This document shows, in pieces, positions 15,554 through 16,329 of a stretch of 16,329 nucleotides of DNA. Location of the stretch: the IMG/VR virus record IMGVR_UViG_3300044798_000244, positions 64,001-80,329 of that record. One strand, given 5' to 3'. A model generated the notes under the pieces. It worked only from the letters and a program-made list of their open reading frames with translations. It made no database searches and had not been told where the DNA came from. The position numbers and the translations under genes were made by a program. Numbering within the stretch: position 1 is the first letter of the stretch; each line of letters starts with the position of its first letter. The DNA comes from a virus. Its lineage: Duplodnaviria; Heunggongvirae; Uroviricota; Caudoviricetes.

Positions 15554-15853
15554 TCAATGCCTCCATCTGTATGAATTGTTTTGGTACTCTCGTGCGTCTC
15601 CTTGGGAGGGAAATGGGGGATCTATCAGCCCTTCGTACCTTGTATGGTAACTCGATAGCTGAATAAACTCTGAGATTCGTGCTGCTGGCCAGCCTTTCTC
15701 TCTCAGTTTGACTAAGAATGGCTGAAGCTCTTCATCATATCCATCTTTCCCAAGAAGGTCATACAAATCCAGCAGAGCTCGGAGATACTCTACTACTGCT
15801 TTGGGATCCTCGTAGTCGACTTGTGCTGGTTGAGGAAACGTTTCAGCGTTCAT
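15554..15853 (-). CDS. Hypothetical protein (99 aa) between queE and queF
   Basis: Exactly fills the gap and overlaps the queE stop region by 11 bp. No family motif recognised. Confidence 0.7.
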   Translation of the reverse strand: MNAETFPQPAQVDYEDPKAVVEYLRALLDLYDLLGKDGYDEELQPFLVKLREKGWPAARISEFIQLSSYHTRYEGLIDPPFPSQGDAREYQNNSYRWRH

Positions 15854-16329
15854 TTTTCTCTCCTGATCCGGGCCAAAGAATCTTATGTAGTTGCAATGAG
15901 TATTGAACTGGACGTGACAGCTTCGGAGAGAACTCGATCAGCTTCTCAGCGAGTTGTGTCGCCCAACAAAGCTCTGGACCATAAGGTGTCATCTTAACCG
16001 CAGGACTGAAGACCATCTTAGCTTTACAGGATTTATAACATTTAAGAACATCACAAGCCCTCAACCAGTCTCCTCCATCCGAGATTACAAACTTCACTAC
16101 GTCCTGCTCTTGAAGTAGAGGAGCATTCCCTTGGTATGCCAGTTGATCTTCCATTCCGGAGGATGGAAGCTTGTAATCAACTACAAATCGAACGCTGCCA
16201 CAAGTACCACTTCGGATGCGAGGAAGATAGCACAGTCCATATCGAAGAAGGGAAATCGATCCATTAGTCTCAACTGTTACGTCTTTTCCCTCGTGGACCA
16301 AAAGAGCAAGCAGAGTTGCGACCTCCTCA
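15843..16329 (-). CDS. queE: 7-carboxy-7-deazaguanine synthase (radical SAM), C-terminal part; runs off the right edge
   Basis: The frame stays open to the edge (EEVATLLALLVHEGKDVTVETNGS). Motifs VETNG, DYKLPSSG, VKFVI, FSP and SLQLHKILW. The CxxxCxxC motif lies outside the window. Confidence 0.9.
   Translation of the reverse strand, partial: EEVATLLALLVHEGKDVTVETNGSISLLRYGLCYLPRIRSGTCGSVRFVVDYKLPSSGMEDQLAYQGNAPLLQEQDVVKFVISDGGDWLRACDVLKCYKSCKAKMVFSPAVKMTPYGPELCWATQLAEKLIEFSPKLSRPVQYSLQLHKILWPGSGEKNER

Noticed and set aside
1030-15906. Many 60-170 aa alternative-frame ORFs in the track (e.g. 5864-6313 +, 11887-12387 +, 2918-3304 +, 14279-14635 +)
   Set aside because: They lie antisense to or nested in well-supported genes, with no recognisable motifs or ribosome sites. 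They are treated as shadow ORFs.
11058-16329. Host queuosine tRNA-modification operon
   Set aside because: The TGT-like protein has phage DpdA-type motifs and lacks the bacterial TGT zinc motif. There is no queA, and the context is entirely phage replication genes.
1-16329. tRNA, rRNA, integrase/att sites, structural genes, clear intrinsic terminators
   Set aside because: None were seen; intergenic space is minimal and has no cloverleaf or strong hairpin plus U-tract.

Overview
This window is almost certainly from a large dsDNA phage. Nearly all genes lie on the minus strand, packed with overlapping stop/start codons, and no host housekeeping genes are present. In transcription order (right to left): queE (partial) - 99-aa orphan - queF - DnaG-type primase - NUMOD3/Vsr-like endonuclease - queC - small HNH - dpdA (TGT-like DNA transglycosylase) - beta-type sliding clamp - family A DNA polymerase with an N-terminal family-4 UDG domain - DUF2284-like Cys-rich protein - [single plus-strand 92-aa gene behind a pair of overlapping divergent promoters] - DUF932-like - DnaX-like clamp loader - gp32-like SSB - UvsY-like - RecA - RuvC-like - SbcC/Rad50-like ATPase (partial). 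A 7-deazaguanine genome-modification pathway (predicted product dPreQ1 or a derivative) is thus interleaved with the replisome. The most striking unexplained signal is a shared terminal peptide: the polymerase begins with QKSFF and DpdA ends with TKSFF, and the two genes flank the clamp gene. This suggests a clamp-tethered, replication-coupled base-exchange system (inference). All product calls come from motif recognition by eye; no database search or computation was run.
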